Notes under the pieces: model-generated
The model's input: only the letters and a program-made list of their open reading frames with translations
Told to the model about the DNA's origin: nothing
Databases searched by the model: none
Made by a program: the position numbers and the translations under genes
DNA from: Vampirovibrionales bacterium
GTDB taxonomy: Bacteria > Cyanobacteriota > Vampirovibrionia > Vampirovibrionales > JAJTHC01
Length of the DNA stretch: 60,644 nucleotides
Direction: 5' to 3'
Assembly (NCBI GenBank): GCA_046080605.1
Contig: JBJTUH010000086.1
Coordinates: forward strand, 1-60,644
Shown here: positions 46,828-57,056 of the stretch, piece by piece
Layout of the letters: each line of letters starts with the position of its first letter
Position numbering within the stretch: position 1 is the first letter of the stretch

Positions 46828-49317
46828 ATGGTCACCCACACCCCTCTTAGCTCCCAAGGGCTGATACCTTTACAGCCCACACCATTGAGTAGCACCACAC
46901 TTTCAACACAAAAAATTTCCAAAGTCACCCCATTTTTAGGTCGTCAAGCTTTTAGCCTCCGCCTAAAAAATAGTAGCCAAACCCTTCAGGCTTCACTGAA
47001 TGTTCCAAATAATACGACAGCAACACAACCTTCATCTTTTAAAGAGAACCAAGAAAAACTTACCACTCAAAAAACACCTTACACTCCCTCCAATGATCTT
47101 TCTAAAACAAGCCGTCCAAAACAATCACACTCTCAACTCTCCCATGACACTCAGGAAAACACGACTGAGTCCTCATTATTTGAGACACAAGCTTCCAAGG
47201 TTGTATCGAATCCCATCACAGAGGCACAAGAGCAAGAGACTCAGGTGAAAGAGGACCGCTTTGAAGTACCCGTTTCTCAAGGTGATGAAACGCAAACGCT
47301 CCAACTCCCAGTATCCCTCTATCAAGAGGTACTGATGCTTCTTCAGACTTATAACCACTCAGAAAATAGTATCACTCCTCTCATGGCACCCACGGTTCCT
47401 TCTGAAACAGAATCCGTTGAGTCTCTCTCTGCCTTCATCACAGCCCCACTCAACGAGGACACACCCACTGTCCCCACACCGCATGAAGGTATGCCTTTCA
47501 CCACACCCAAGACTTCTGCTGCTGAAGAGACCCTCCAGCAGGCAACGCCCTCCATAAGCCTTCCAGCCACACAAACAGAAAACGAGGGCGAAACAGCCCA
47601 CCCCTTACAAGACGTGAAGAACCTATTGCGTCCTTATCTTGAAGCCCAAGGTATCCCCACGACATGGCTTGAAGATATCACCCTCTATACACTCCCCTCT
47701 CAGGAGGCTGAGAAAGCGTTTACTGAAATACAACCTCATTTCACGGAGGCTCCTGTCCCCTCCATCACCCGATTATCTCTGGATAGCCTATCCAAAGAAG
47801 AGGAACTCGATAAAGCCTTGGCTGAAATACAACCTCGTTTCACGGAGACCCCTGAACCATCCATCACCCGATTATCTCTGGAGGACCTATCCAAAGAAGA
47901 AGGTACTACTCAAGAGTCTTCTTCTGAACGATTCGCTGAGGCTTCTGAGGTACACATACCTCACCCCCCTGAAACACCCACGACAGCATTCCTGTCTGCC
48001 ACGCCACCTATACCACAAGGACAAGCTCTCTCTCCTGAAGCTACTGCTAGCTCCTATGTCCACACACCTGTACAGCCTCAAGCCTCTACGCCTCTTACAC
48101 AGAACTCGCAAACCCTATTCTCATCCTCTAGTCCTATTAAAACGTTACGTCTCGTCATTGAACCCACAGAGACCCCAAGTTTAAATACTCGCTCTTCAGA
48201 CGCTTCCTCTTCAAGTATGGGACGTATGGTCCTTATTTTAAAGCAAACGCCCTCGGTATCTCTTCCTATTCTCTCTACCGCAGAGAACCCTTCTTTAGCA
48301 AAGCCCCAATCCCTTTTCTCAGGAAGTAGCTTCCCATCTTTTCAATCGGGAGAACTTACAGGAACTCTCTTTCTTGGCACAAAAGAAACATTTCAAGCTA
48401 TTGCCACGCAAGAAGGCTCCTCACTGTCAGGAACGCCAACGGCATTGAACCCCTCTTTTCAAGTGCCATTAAGTTCTCATACCGCTCTGACGATTCAACA
48501 TGACCCTACATTACAAGGGTCATCTTCATCAAACCTGAGCCTATCTTTAGCAGAAAGTATCAAAAAAGAAACCTTACAAATAGCCTCTCACACGAGTTTC
48601 TCTGTTGAAGCAGCTACAACGTACCCCCATACACTTTCTCATCAAGGACTTCATTCGGCAAGCTCATTCTATGGGGTTGAAAGCCTCTATCATACCTTAA
48701 GTGAAACCCCAGTGGGGTTACTGAACCCTTGGAGAGAACGCTCTTATCAAGACTCGGTTAACCTGACGCAACACGAGAGTCCTTCCCTAGAACGCTCTTC
48801 TGTGAAGGCACCCTCTGAAGCCAACACCCCAAACGACTTCTCTTTTTCTGACAACCCTGCTCAAGACTTTTCCGATACAAAAGATTCGTCTCAAAGCTCC
48901 TCTCGTGACATTGAGACCTCTGGTTTCAGACCTTCTTTCATGGACTCAGCGACCTCAGGAAACAGTTCCTATCATTCATCTTCTTCTCATCAAGAACCAC
49001 CTCAATCTTTTGGTCAAGGTCATCCATCCACAAAAGCTCCTGTACTTTCAGAAAACACACTGGACGCTCTGATAGATTCAACCGATGGTTTACCCTCTCC
49101 TACTAACCACTCAGTCACCTCTTCCTTTGTAGAACCCATCACTTCTGACGTAGCTGTTTCAGGGGTATTGCAAGAAATACTCTCTCAGTATGAAACACCT
49201 TCTTTCTCTCTCCCTCAATTACAGGAATCCTCTTTTTCTCCTCTCGACATGAAGTCTCTTGATAGTGTTCGATTATTATTACAAAGCTCTTATCATCGTC
49301 CTCTAAGTACTCACTAG
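46828..49317 (+). CDS. Very long S/T/P-rich protein in the fliK position (hook-length control FliK-like)
   Basis: Synteny fliJ-X-flgD-flgE and disordered composition; no FliK C-terminal domain recognised. Confidence 0.45.
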   Translation: MVTHTPLSSQGLIPLQPTPLSSTTLSTQKISKVTPFLGRQAFSLRLKNSSQTLQASLNVPNNTTATQPSSFKENQEKLTTQKTPYTPSNDLSKTSRPKQSHSQLSHDTQENTTESSLFETQASKVVSNPITEAQEQETQVKEDRFEVPVSQGDETQTLQLPVSLYQEVLMLLQTYNHSENSITPLMAPTVPSETESVESLSAFITAPLNEDTPTVPTPHEGMPFTTPKTSAAEETLQQATPSISLPATQTENEGETAHPLQDVKNLLRPYLEAQGIPTTWLEDITLYTLPSQEAEKAFTEIQPHFTEAPVPSITRLSLDSLSKEEELDKALAEIQPRFTETPEPSITRLSLEDLSKEEGTTQESSSERFAEASEVHIPHPPETPTTAFLSATPPIPQGQALSPEATASSYVHTPVQPQASTPLTQNSQTLFSSSSPIKTLRLVIEPTETPSLNTRSSDASSSSMGRMVLILKQTPSVSLPILSTAENPSLAKPQSLFSGSSFPSFQSGELTGTLFLGTKETFQAIATQEGSSLSGTPTALNPSFQVPLSSHTALTIQHDPTLQGSSSSNLSLSLAESIKKETLQIASHTSFSVEAATTYPHTLSHQGLHSASSFYGVESLYHTLSETPVGLLNPWRERSYQDSVNLTQHESPSLERSSVKAPSEANTPNDFSFSDNPAQDFSDTKDSSQSSSRDIETSGFRPSFMDSATSGNSSYHSSSSHQEPPQSFGQGHPSTKAPVLSENTLDALIDSTDGLPSPTNHSVTSSFVEPITSDVAVSGVLQEILSQYETPSFSLPQLQESSFSPLDMKSLDSVRLLLQSSYHRPLSTH
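47711..47900 (+). repeat. 99-bp (33-aa) tandem duplication inside the fliK-like gene
   Basis: CTGAAATACAACCTC...TCCATCACCCGATTATCTCTGGA...CCTATCCAAAGAAGA occurs at 47723 and 47822 (EIQPxFTExPxPSITRLSLxxLSKEE twice). Confidence 0.9.
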
Positions 49318-49396
49318 TCCTCTTACCGTTGTCTTATTACTGGTTCGCCATTCATTTAAGCCCTCATTTCCCTGAAGAGAAAGACCCTACACCCTT

Positions 49397-49855
49397 ATGA
49401 TGATTACCGCTAGTTCACTTTCGGAACAATTGACGAATATTAATAGCAATACCAATATTGTCAACCAAACCGCCAGCAGCAAGGATGGTGGTGCAAAGAC
49501 TATGGATAATCAGGCTTTCATGCGCCTGATGATGGCTCAGCTCCAAAATCAAAACCCTCTTAGCCCAACCGATAATAGTGCCTTTGTTCAACAACAAGCA
49601 TCCTATGCTCAAGTGGAAGAAACTCGTAATTTAGCCGCTGCCTTAAAAGGCTCAACCCAACTCCAACAAGCCTCTGACATTGTAGGTAAAACAGTCAGTT
49701 ATTTACGCTCTGGAGACAAAAGTTTAACCACTGGTGTTGTTAAAAGTGCCACAATCAATCAAGGGGGAATTGAACTTGAAATAGGAACACAGGGAGATAA
49801 AGTCATGTTTGACAAGGTTGATAGTATTCAAGTGAGCTTACCCTCTAAGTCCTAA
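49397..49855 (+). CDS. flgD: Flagellar hook capping protein FlgD
   Basis: FMRLMMAQLQNQNPLSPTDN..FVQQ.A....VE; A..IVGKTV. Confidence 0.93.
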   Translation: MMITASSLSEQLTNINSNTNIVNQTASSKDGGAKTMDNQAFMRLMMAQLQNQNPLSPTDNSAFVQQQASYAQVEETRNLAAALKGSTQLQQASDIVGKTVSYLRSGDKSLTTGVVKSATINQGGIELEIGTQGDKVMFDKVDSIQVSLPSKS

Positions 49856-49974
49856 CTGTAGTAGCCCTTATTTCGGCCCAAACTGTTAGGGTGTCACATC
49901 CCTGATACCTCTGTCTTAAAGCCGTATTACCGTTTTACGCTTTTCGTTCTCAATGTCTGAAGGAAACACCACCT

Positions 49975-51135
49975 ATGATGATGTCTCAAGGGTTATTTAC
50001 AGCTGTATCAGGCATTCGTGCAAATCAAACCAAAATGGATGTTATTTCTAACAACGTCGCAAACCTTAATACTACGGCATTCAAAAGCTCTTCAGCGAAT
50101 TTCGAAACCGTGTTTGATATTACTTTATCCGGTGGAAGCGCCCCCACTGGTACCACAGGAGGCACCAATCCGGCTCAAGTCGGAGTAGGAACACAATTAT
50201 CCAGTATTGGACAGAATTGGAATCAAGGTGCAACACAATCCACGGGCGTAAACACTAATTTAATGTTTAACGGTGACGGCTTTTTTATCGTGGAACCAAG
50301 AGGAACACTGAGCTATGACTTAAGTAACGACTATTATCTCACCCGAGCAGGGAACTTCCAGCTAGATGCCAACGGGTACTTAGCAACCTCGAATGGGTAT
50401 AAAATTTTTGGGACAAGTTCCATGGAGGACCCAGTCCCTAGCACGAAAGGCTTTATTCAAATACCTCAACAAATGAAGATCAGTTTCTATACAGATAACA
50501 CCTCAGGACAAATTTTAGGCGTGAATATTGGCAATACCAGCACGCCTAACGCAACCCTGACAAGTTTTCCCACCCTTACAGGTGGTACTGCAACCCCCCC
50601 TAACACCTTGGTACAGCCCCAGTTTTCAGTAGGCACGGATGGTGGCATTACCATGTCTTACGGAAATAATCAGTTTGTTATCAGAGACAATCCTACCAAC
50701 GGGCGACGTGAAATTATTTTTATTGATAAGTCTAATCCAAATCGTATTTTCGCAGGGGTCAATCAACAAGCAAGCGATGCAGGCATGGTACGACAAATGA
50801 CTGGGTACGAGATTTTCCCAAACCCTACAGGAGGCAATGGGATGGAAGGGATGTCATTACAAATTATGACAGCCAGCGTGACCAATCCCCAAGGACTTAT
50901 TGGAGAAGGTGGTACAGCGTACTCTATCGGACCCAATTCTGGAGCAGCCCAGTTTGGCATTGCTGCCAGAAATGGTCGAGGAACCATCTCATCAGGCCGG
51001 CTAGAATCTTCAAACGTTGATTTATCCACAGAGTTTTCCAGTCTAGTCATTACACAACGTGGATTAGAAGCTAGTAGCAAAATGGTGACAACCTATTCTT
51101 CTATCCTTGAAACCATTGTAAACATGGTTCGTTAA
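49975..51135 (+). CDS. flgE: Flagellar hook protein FlgE
   Basis: AVSGI.ANQ..MDVISNNVANLNT.AFK, G.GFF, TRAGNF, LESSNVDLS.EF..L...QR. Confidence 0.93.
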   Translation: MMMSQGLFTAVSGIRANQTKMDVISNNVANLNTTAFKSSSANFETVFDITLSGGSAPTGTTGGTNPAQVGVGTQLSSIGQNWNQGATQSTGVNTNLMFNGDGFFIVEPRGTLSYDLSNDYYLTRAGNFQLDANGYLATSNGYKIFGTSSMEDPVPSTKGFIQIPQQMKISFYTDNTSGQILGVNIGNTSTPNATLTSFPTLTGGTATPPNTLVQPQFSVGTDGGITMSYGNNQFVIRDNPTNGRREIIFIDKSNPNRIFAGVNQQASDAGMVRQMTGYEIFPNPTGGNGMEGMSLQIMTASVTNPQGLIGEGGTAYSIGPNSGAAQFGIAARNGRGTISSGRLESSNVDLSTEFSSLVITQRGLEASSKMVTTYSSILETIVNMVR

Positions 51136-51173
51136 GTAGGGTGATCTCCGTTTTCAACTTATTGACAATGTGA

Positions 51174-51232
51174 ACTACAATAATTTACAGAGCGTAACAA
51201 CTTTATACATATGCTCCATAAGTTGGTATAAT
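51174..51232 (+). promoter_or_regulatory. Four 10-bp-phased ACA-core repeats followed by an extended -10 (TGGTATAAT)
   Basis: ACTACAAT, TTTACAGA, GTAACAAC and TATACATA at 51174, 51184, 51194 and 51204; -10 at 51224-51232. Confidence 0.45.
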
Positions 51233-51306
51233 ATGTTACGCTTTGTTTATACTTTTACCCCTTCAGGACTCGTGTGTATCATCGGGATACGTAACATTAT
51301 TAACAC

Positions 51307-51744
51307 ATGTCAAAAACTCTCTCAAACAATGACAGATTATTACTTACAAAACTCCATCGTATTTTACATCCCTGCTTCCCTTATCCTGTTGAAACCTTCC
51401 GAGGGGAAGATGTTCTTTACAATAGACTTAATGCGTTACGCACTTGGATCAATACGACCATTCCAGGCGTTGAGCTTTACTTAGAAGATGTATGGCATGA
51501 ACGTATCGCACATAAAACCTGCTTTGAATACATTTTACGGTCTTTAAGAACCAAAGACGAAACCTCTCCGATAGGATTTGACTGCTACAGCCATTCTCAA
51601 GATCATCAAGGTGTATGGCATTTAGAAGCCTATGAGTATTCTGTGTGTCTCATGCCTGACTTAACACCTCTTATCTTTTTTTTACAAGACCATGGTCCTG
51701 AACCTTGGCAAGGGTATGTTACACATTTGGTTGAAACGTTTTAA
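51307..51744 (+). CDS. Hypothetical protein
   Basis: 145-aa ATG ORF downstream of a promoter-like element. Confidence 0.65.
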   Translation: MSKTLSNNDRLLLTKLHRILHPCFPYPVETFRGEDVLYNRLNALRTWINTTIPGVELYLEDVWHERIAHKTCFEYILRSLRTKDETSPIGFDCYSHSQDHQGVWHLEAYEYSVCLMPDLTPLIFFLQDHGPEPWQGYVTHLVETF

Positions 51745-51912
51745 CCTGAAAGCTCATACATTTCGTCATTTTTTCTGTTCACTTGTCTTATCGTGCTATT
51801 AATTTTTGTTAAGTTTCTCAACATACTGTCAAAAACTACAGTCAGTGCGTTACAATAAAAGATACTACTGTCAGTAGTGTCTTTTATTGTAAACCATCCT
51901 AAAGAAGTTACC

Positions 51913-52638
51913 ATGTTACATTCTCATCTATCTGTAAAATCAGTGTTACATCATCGTTTAATTGTGTCTGTGCAAGCCGAAGGAAACGAACCCCTCAATA
52001 CACCAGAGTATTTAACTGCATTGGCTGAAACTGTGATGTTAAGTGGTGTAAAGTTTTTTCGTATGGCAGGGTGTGAGACCATTCGTTATTTTAAACAAAA
52101 AAATCCTGATACAACGATTGTAGGTCTCACGAAACATGCCCTTCTCAATGAAAATCCTTGGGAAAAAGTTTATATCACCCCTACTTTTGAAGATATTGAA
52201 GCACTCTATCACGCAGGTGCCTCACTCATTGCCGTAGATGGTACCACAAGAGATCGTCCGTGTGGTATGCCAGCAGAAACGTGGTTAAAAGAAGCAAAAT
52301 TACGCTTCCCTCACATTCCTCTTTGGGCAGACTGTGCCACACTAGAAGACATTGAAATGGCCTACCGATGTCATATGGATGTTATTTCAACCACTTTATT
52401 TGGCTACACGCTTGAAACACAGAGCTTCGCTGAAAAAGAACTTCCTGGTTTTTCCCTATTACAGGAGGCACGGACGCTCATTCCTCGGGAAAGCGAAACC
52501 ATGCTTATTTTAGAAGGGCGCGTATGGGAACCTTGGCATATCCGAGAAGCGTATGAGCGTGGTGCGGATGCAGTCGTTGTAGGCTCCGCCATTACACGAC
52601 CTCAATTGATTACGCAACGCTTCTTGGTTGCAGGGTAA
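51913..52638 (+). CDS. nanE: N-acetylmannosamine-6-phosphate 2-epimerase
   Basis: LIVSVQA...EPL, VYITPT, IAVDGT.R.RP, STTL.GYT, EGR, VVVGSAITRP..IT.RF. Confidence 0.92.
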   Translation: MLHSHLSVKSVLHHRLIVSVQAEGNEPLNTPEYLTALAETVMLSGVKFFRMAGCETIRYFKQKNPDTTIVGLTKHALLNENPWEKVYITPTFEDIEALYHAGASLIAVDGTTRDRPCGMPAETWLKEAKLRFPHIPLWADCATLEDIEMAYRCHMDVISTTLFGYTLETQSFAEKELPGFSLLQEARTLIPRESETMLILEGRVWEPWHIREAYERGADAVVVGSAITRPQLITQRFLVAG

Positions 52639-52666
52639 CTGACGATAGATAGCCGACATTTCAGAT

Positions 52667-52700
52667 AAAAGAAGGACTCCTGAAAACAGGAGTCCTTCTT
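52667..52700. terminator. Bidirectional terminator between nanE and dnaK
   Basis: AAGAAGGACTCCTG-AAAA-CAGGAGTCCTTCTT perfect 14-bp inverted repeat between convergent genes. Confidence 0.8.
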
Positions 52701-52745
52701 GAGTATGAACACCATTTTTTGACAGGGTGTTCAATCAAGGTGTCA

Positions 52746-54572
52746 TCATACGGTTTTAAAGTCTGCATCAATCACATCATCTTGTTTAGCAGATGTCTCA
52801 GAAGCAGTCTCTGAGGCAGTGGCATTTGCTTCACCTGCTTCATAGGCTTTAGCAGCAATACCATAGGTGACTTGTTGTAACTCATCCAAAGAAGCCTTTA
52901 AAGTTTCTAAAGACGTATCTTCTTTTGCAAGAAGGTCACGCACTTTTTGAATCCCTTCTTCGGATTTTGTTTTTTCTTCAGGCGTGACTTTATCGCCAAG
53001 ATCCTTCAACATTTTTTCAAGACTAAAGCACGTTTGATCGGCTTGGTTACGTAGCTCAATCAGTTCTTTTCGTTGCTTATCTGCTTCTGCATTACGCTCT
53101 GCTTCTTGTACCATACGCTCAATTTCATCATTTGAGAGATTGGTACTTGCAGTAATGGTAATTTTTTGTTCCTTATTAGTGGCAAGGTCTTTGGCAGAAA
53201 CATTCACAATACCATTGGCATCAATATCAAAGGTCACTTCAATTTTGGGAACACCACGAGGTGCAGGAGGAATACCATCCAAATGGAATGTCCCTAACAC
53301 TTTATTATCACGTGCCATTGAACGCTCTCCTTGACACACCACCACCTCAACGCCAGGTTGATTATCGGCAGCCGTCGAAAAGATTTGGCTACGTTTCACA
53401 GGAATGGTGGTATTTCGCTCAATTAAAGGTGTCATGACACCGCCAAGCGTTTCTAAACCAAGGGTTAATGGTGTCACATCTAATAGCACAATATCCTTCA
53501 CTTCACCTGCCAACACCCCAGCCTGCACTGCAGCCCCAATGGCAACCACTTCATCAGGATTCACCCCTTGATGGGGTTCTTTGCCCGTGAGACGCTTCAC
53601 GAGTTCTTGCACAGCAGGAATACGGGTTGACCCTCCTACCAAGACGACTTCGTCAATCTCAGCAGCCTGTAAGCCTGCATCTTTCAATGCTTTTTCTACA
53701 GGAATACGGCACCGTTCTACTAGGTCAGCACTTAAACCCTCAAACTTTGCACGGGTCAGACTCATCTCAAGATGTTTAGGTCCATCCTGATTGGCAGTAA
53801 TAAAGGGTAAGCTAATCTGAGTTTGCATCACTGAGGAAAGCTCAATTTTAGCTTTTTCGGCAGCCTCTTTTAAACGTTGCAGGGCTTGAGGATCCTTAGA
53901 AAGATCCATGGTTTCCTGTTTCTTAAACTCATCCACAAGCCAATCAATGATTTTTTGGTCAAAATCATCGCCACCCAGATGGGTATCACCACTCGTTGAT
54001 TTGACTTCAAAAATCCCGTCCCCTACTTCAAGGACAGACACGTCAAAGGTTCCACCCCCTAAGTCAAACACCAAGATTTTTTCTTCAGTTTTCTTATCCA
54101 AACCGTAGGCTAAAGCCGCAGCTGTGGGTTCATTGACAATTCGTAAAACCTCAACCCCTGCAATTTTCCCAGCATCCTTGGTTGCTTGACGCTCACTATC
54201 ATTAAAGTAAGCAGGTACCGTAATAACAGCTTGAGTCACTTTTTCGCCTAAATAAGCAGAGGCATCATCCACGAGCTTACGCAGAATAATACCTGAAATT
54301 TCTTGAGGGGTATAGTCTTTACCGTCCACTTGCCATGCATGGGACGTTCCCATATGACGCTTATTGGAAGCAATCGTATTTTTATGATTCATGACAGCTT
54401 GACGCTTTGCCACTTGCCCCACAAGGCGCTCACCATTTTTGAATGCCACCACAGAAGGGGTTGTACGACCTCCTTCTGCATTTGCAATCACCACAGGTTG
54501 CCCACCTTCCATGACTGCCACGACACTATTGGTTGTTCCAAGGTCAATACCGACCACTTTTGCCATCATCAT
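52746..54572 (-). CDS. dnaK: Chaperone DnaK (Hsp70)
   Basis: [40 protein letters not shown]. Confidence 0.99.
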   Translation of the reverse strand: MMMAKVVGIDLGTTNSVVAVMEGGQPVVIANAEGGRTTPSVVAFKNGERLVGQVAKRQAVMNHKNTIASNKRHMGTSHAWQVDGKDYTPQEISGIILRKLVDDASAYLGEKVTQAVITVPAYFNDSERQATKDAGKIAGVEVLRIVNEPTAAALAYGLDKKTEEKILVFDLGGGTFDVSVLEVGDGIFEVKSTSGDTHLGGDDFDQKIIDWLVDEFKKQETMDLSKDPQALQRLKEAAEKAKIELSSVMQTQISLPFITANQDGPKHLEMSLTRAKFEGLSADLVERCRIPVEKALKDAGLQAAEIDEVVLVGGSTRIPAVQELVKRLTGKEPHQGVNPDEVVAIGAAVQAGVLAGEVKDIVLLDVTPLTLGLETLGGVMTPLIERNTTIPVKRSQIFSTAADNQPGVEVVVCQGERSMARDNKVLGTFHLDGIPPAPRGVPKIEVTFDIDANGIVNVSAKDLATNKEQKITITASTNLSNDEIERMVQEAERNAEADKQRKELIELRNQADQTCFSLEKMLKDLGDKVTPEEKTKSEEGIQKVRDLLAKEDTSLETLKASLDELQQVTYGIAAKAYEAGEANATASETASETSAKQDDVIDADFKTV

Positions 54573-54788
54573 AATAAACGTTAAACTCCATCTATCAGTA
54601 TAGTGTATGATTGTGAGCCTTTAATATCAAAGGCTCACATAGAAACAAGAGAAAACACTAAAACCCCTTGAGGTTTTATTAGCATACGCATGCCAAAGGA
54701 GAAAAGAAAAAACACTTTCTTTTAAGCATACGGTAAAGACTTCAAAAACAAGAGAGTCCTTTAGAAAATTTTAGGGTTTAGCGTCATT

Positions 54789-55442
54789 TTATCCTTGACG
54801 CTTCGCCCAATCCGTCTTAAATTGCTCGATGCCTTTTTCTGTCAGAGGATGTGCATAAGATTGCTTCAAGACCTTTAAAGGGATGGTCGCCACATGAGCC
54901 CCTGCTTCACAACACTGTGTGACATGCAAAGGGCCACGAATGGAGGCTGCTAAAATCTGACTTTCATACCCATGAGACTCAACCAACTCAACAGCTTGGC
55001 GAATCAATGCCATACCATCCTGTCCAATATCATCCAAACGCCCCACAAAAGCACTAATATACGTTGCCCCTGCCTCGGCAGCCAATAAAACCTGAGGTAG
55101 GCTAAAAATCAACGTAACATTTGTAGGAATCCCTCGTTTAGAAAGCACAGACACCGCTTTCATCCCCTCAATACCAAAAGGAACCTTAATACAGACTCCT
55201 TCACCCCAAGTAACAAACTCTTCGGCTTCACGAATCATGCCTTCAGCATCCTCAGACATGACTTCCATACTCACAGGGCATCCTGGAAACAGTTTACAAA
55301 TTTCTTGAATCATCCCTTTTACGTCCCCACCCCCTTGTTTTGCTAACAAGCTAGGATTGGTGGTCACACCACTTACAACACCCAACGTAGCGGCTTCACG
55401 TAACTCCACTAAATCAGCGGTATCTACAAAAATTTTCATCAC
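54789..55442 (-). CDS. tal: Transaldolase / fructose-6-phosphate aldolase (short type)
   Basis: IFVDTAD, GVTTNPSL, TNVTLIFS, AGATY.S.FVGRLDD, LAASIR, HPLT. Confidence 0.9.
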   Translation of the reverse strand: MMKIFVDTADLVELREAATLGVVSGVTTNPSLLAKQGGGDVKGMIQEICKLFPGCPVSMEVMSEDAEGMIREAEEFVTWGEGVCIKVPFGIEGMKAVSVLSKRGIPTNVTLIFSLPQVLLAAEAGATYISAFVGRLDDIGQDGMALIRQAVELVESHGYESQILAASIRGPLHVTQCCEAGAHVATIPLKVLKQSYAHPLTEKGIEQFKTDWAKRQG

Positions 55443-55805
55443 GAGGTATACACTCCATTAGCTTATTGTAGGGATATTGACAAGAAAAAGTTCATTCAAT
55501 GTATGGATGACTTCAGAGGTATCAGAGAGCCTCTCAGCGTACCTACACCTTTTGTTACTATCTCCTGAGCGTCATGATCTATCGTTGTAAAAGGTAACGA
55601 CATAGCACCATGCTTCTTTAGAGAGTCTATCATGTGGTACAATCCGTAAGGTTTACGTTTAAGTTGAGGTCTCTGGCATGTTTTAGCATACCCCAAACAA
55701 GGGACATCATCGAGCCAGCCCTCCCTTTGTTTCTTCGTATACACTACAGTAAAGGATGATAACCTCTCTATTTTTTCACACGCTCTCTCTCAAGGAGTTG
55801 TTATA

Positions 55806-56987
55806 ATGATTCACCTTTTTTCTCACTTTGGTGCAATGTCTCATTTAAAACAGATGCGTTTGGGTGCCTTCGTCTTGTGTCTCTCACAGATTGTTTCCCC
55901 GTTTTTATGGGTTTCTCTCGGCTCTCAAAGCGAAGTATGTTACGGAGAACCTTCTTCTTTTCAAGGAAAAGTCGTCACACAGGGCAACACACCTCAAGTT
56001 AGTACAGGCCCCCTAGAGGTTCAATCTGGTACAGTCTTAGATATTTCTATTTCCACCACTGCAGAAACCTCTTTAAGCCAAGTAGGGGAAGATTTTTACG
56101 GGAAAATTTCTAAGGATTATTACATTGGCTCACAGCTTGCGATTCCCGCAGGAACGGTACTTCATGGTACCATTTCCCAAGTCGTTGCTCCAAAGCGAGC
56201 AGGGAGAGACGGCTATGCAAGCGTCAAGTTTGACCAAATGATTTTTCCCGACGGAAGGGAAATCAGTATGTCAGGCGAAGCAAGTTCTCAAGCCAGTCAA
56301 GGCAAGCGTATTTTAAACGCAACCGCCCGTGTCGCAGGACATACATTAGGCGGTGCTTTAATCGGAACCCTCATGATGGCTCGCTCTGGCGGTATTGTCT
56401 TAACGGGAGCCAGTAGTGGCTATAATTTCATTGGTGCCGCTGCGGTGGGTGCAGGGGCAGGGTTAGGGGTTGCCCTAGCACGCAAAGGCGAACACAAATC
56501 TCTTGACCCTGGTGCGGGACTCCAAATCAGACTAGAGACTCCTCTACATTTAACCCCTTCGTCTTTAGACCATACCCATCTCCATATCCGAGAACAGAAA
56601 CAAATGGTCGACGGCTTAAAGGTCACTATTTTAGAAACCCAAGCACTGAAAGATATGTTTGGGGAACCCACCCTACTGCAAGTAACCCTTGATATTGAGA
56701 ATCGTACCGCCTCAGGATTCACCTTATTTGATATTGCCCTAGTTGACAGTTATGAAACGGCCCATTTTTTAAGCCCTTTTGGCTCCGAAGATACGTTAGG
56801 CTTTTCTCAAAAAATCAGCCCTCAATCACGACTTAAAGGAACACTAACCTTTCAAGTCGATAATCCCCAATTAACGCATCGACTCGTACTCTATAAACAA
56901 TATACTCGAGAACCCTTAGCAAGTATCCCACTAAGTTTTAATATTCCCAAAGTAACACTCTCTAAGAAATCTCCCCGTACACCATAG
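55806..56987 (+). CDS. Hypothetical exported protein: TrbI/VirB10-like beta domain, glycine zipper and C-terminal Ig-like domain
   Basis: GT.L.I......S..SQVG..F.......IPAGT.LHG.I......R.GR....V.FD....PDG; GA.VGAGAG zipper; G..L.I.LE.PL; DUF4352-like tail. Confidence 0.55.
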   Translation: MIHLFSHFGAMSHLKQMRLGAFVLCLSQIVSPFLWVSLGSQSEVCYGEPSSFQGKVVTQGNTPQVSTGPLEVQSGTVLDISISTTAETSLSQVGEDFYGKISKDYYIGSQLAIPAGTVLHGTISQVVAPKRAGRDGYASVKFDQMIFPDGREISMSGEASSQASQGKRILNATARVAGHTLGGALIGTLMMARSGGIVLTGASSGYNFIGAAAVGAGAGLGVALARKGEHKSLDPGAGLQIRLETPLHLTPSSLDHTHLHIREQKQMVDGLKVTILETQALKDMFGEPTLLQVTLDIENRTASGFTLFDIALVDSYETAHFLSPFGSEDTLGFSQKISPQSRLKGTLTFQVDNPQLTHRLVLYKQYTREPLASIPLSFNIPKVTLSKKSPRTP

Positions 56988-56994
56988 GCAAAAG

Positions 56995-57022
56995 CCCCCT
57001 AGTACCCTACGACACTAGGGGG
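56995..57022. terminator. Stem-loop between convergent genes (after dnaN)
   Basis: CCCCCTAGT-N10-ACTAGGGGG. Confidence 0.65.
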
Positions 57023-57056
57023 ATAGTCAATACCCTACATGTAACCTCATCAAGGC

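Noticed and set aside
54678-54698. CIRCE or sigma-54 promoter upstream of dnaK (TTAGCATACGCATGCCAA)
   Set aside because: It is not TTAGCACTC-N9-GAGTGCTAA, and the GG-to-GC spacing is 9 nt rather than the 10 required for sigma-54.
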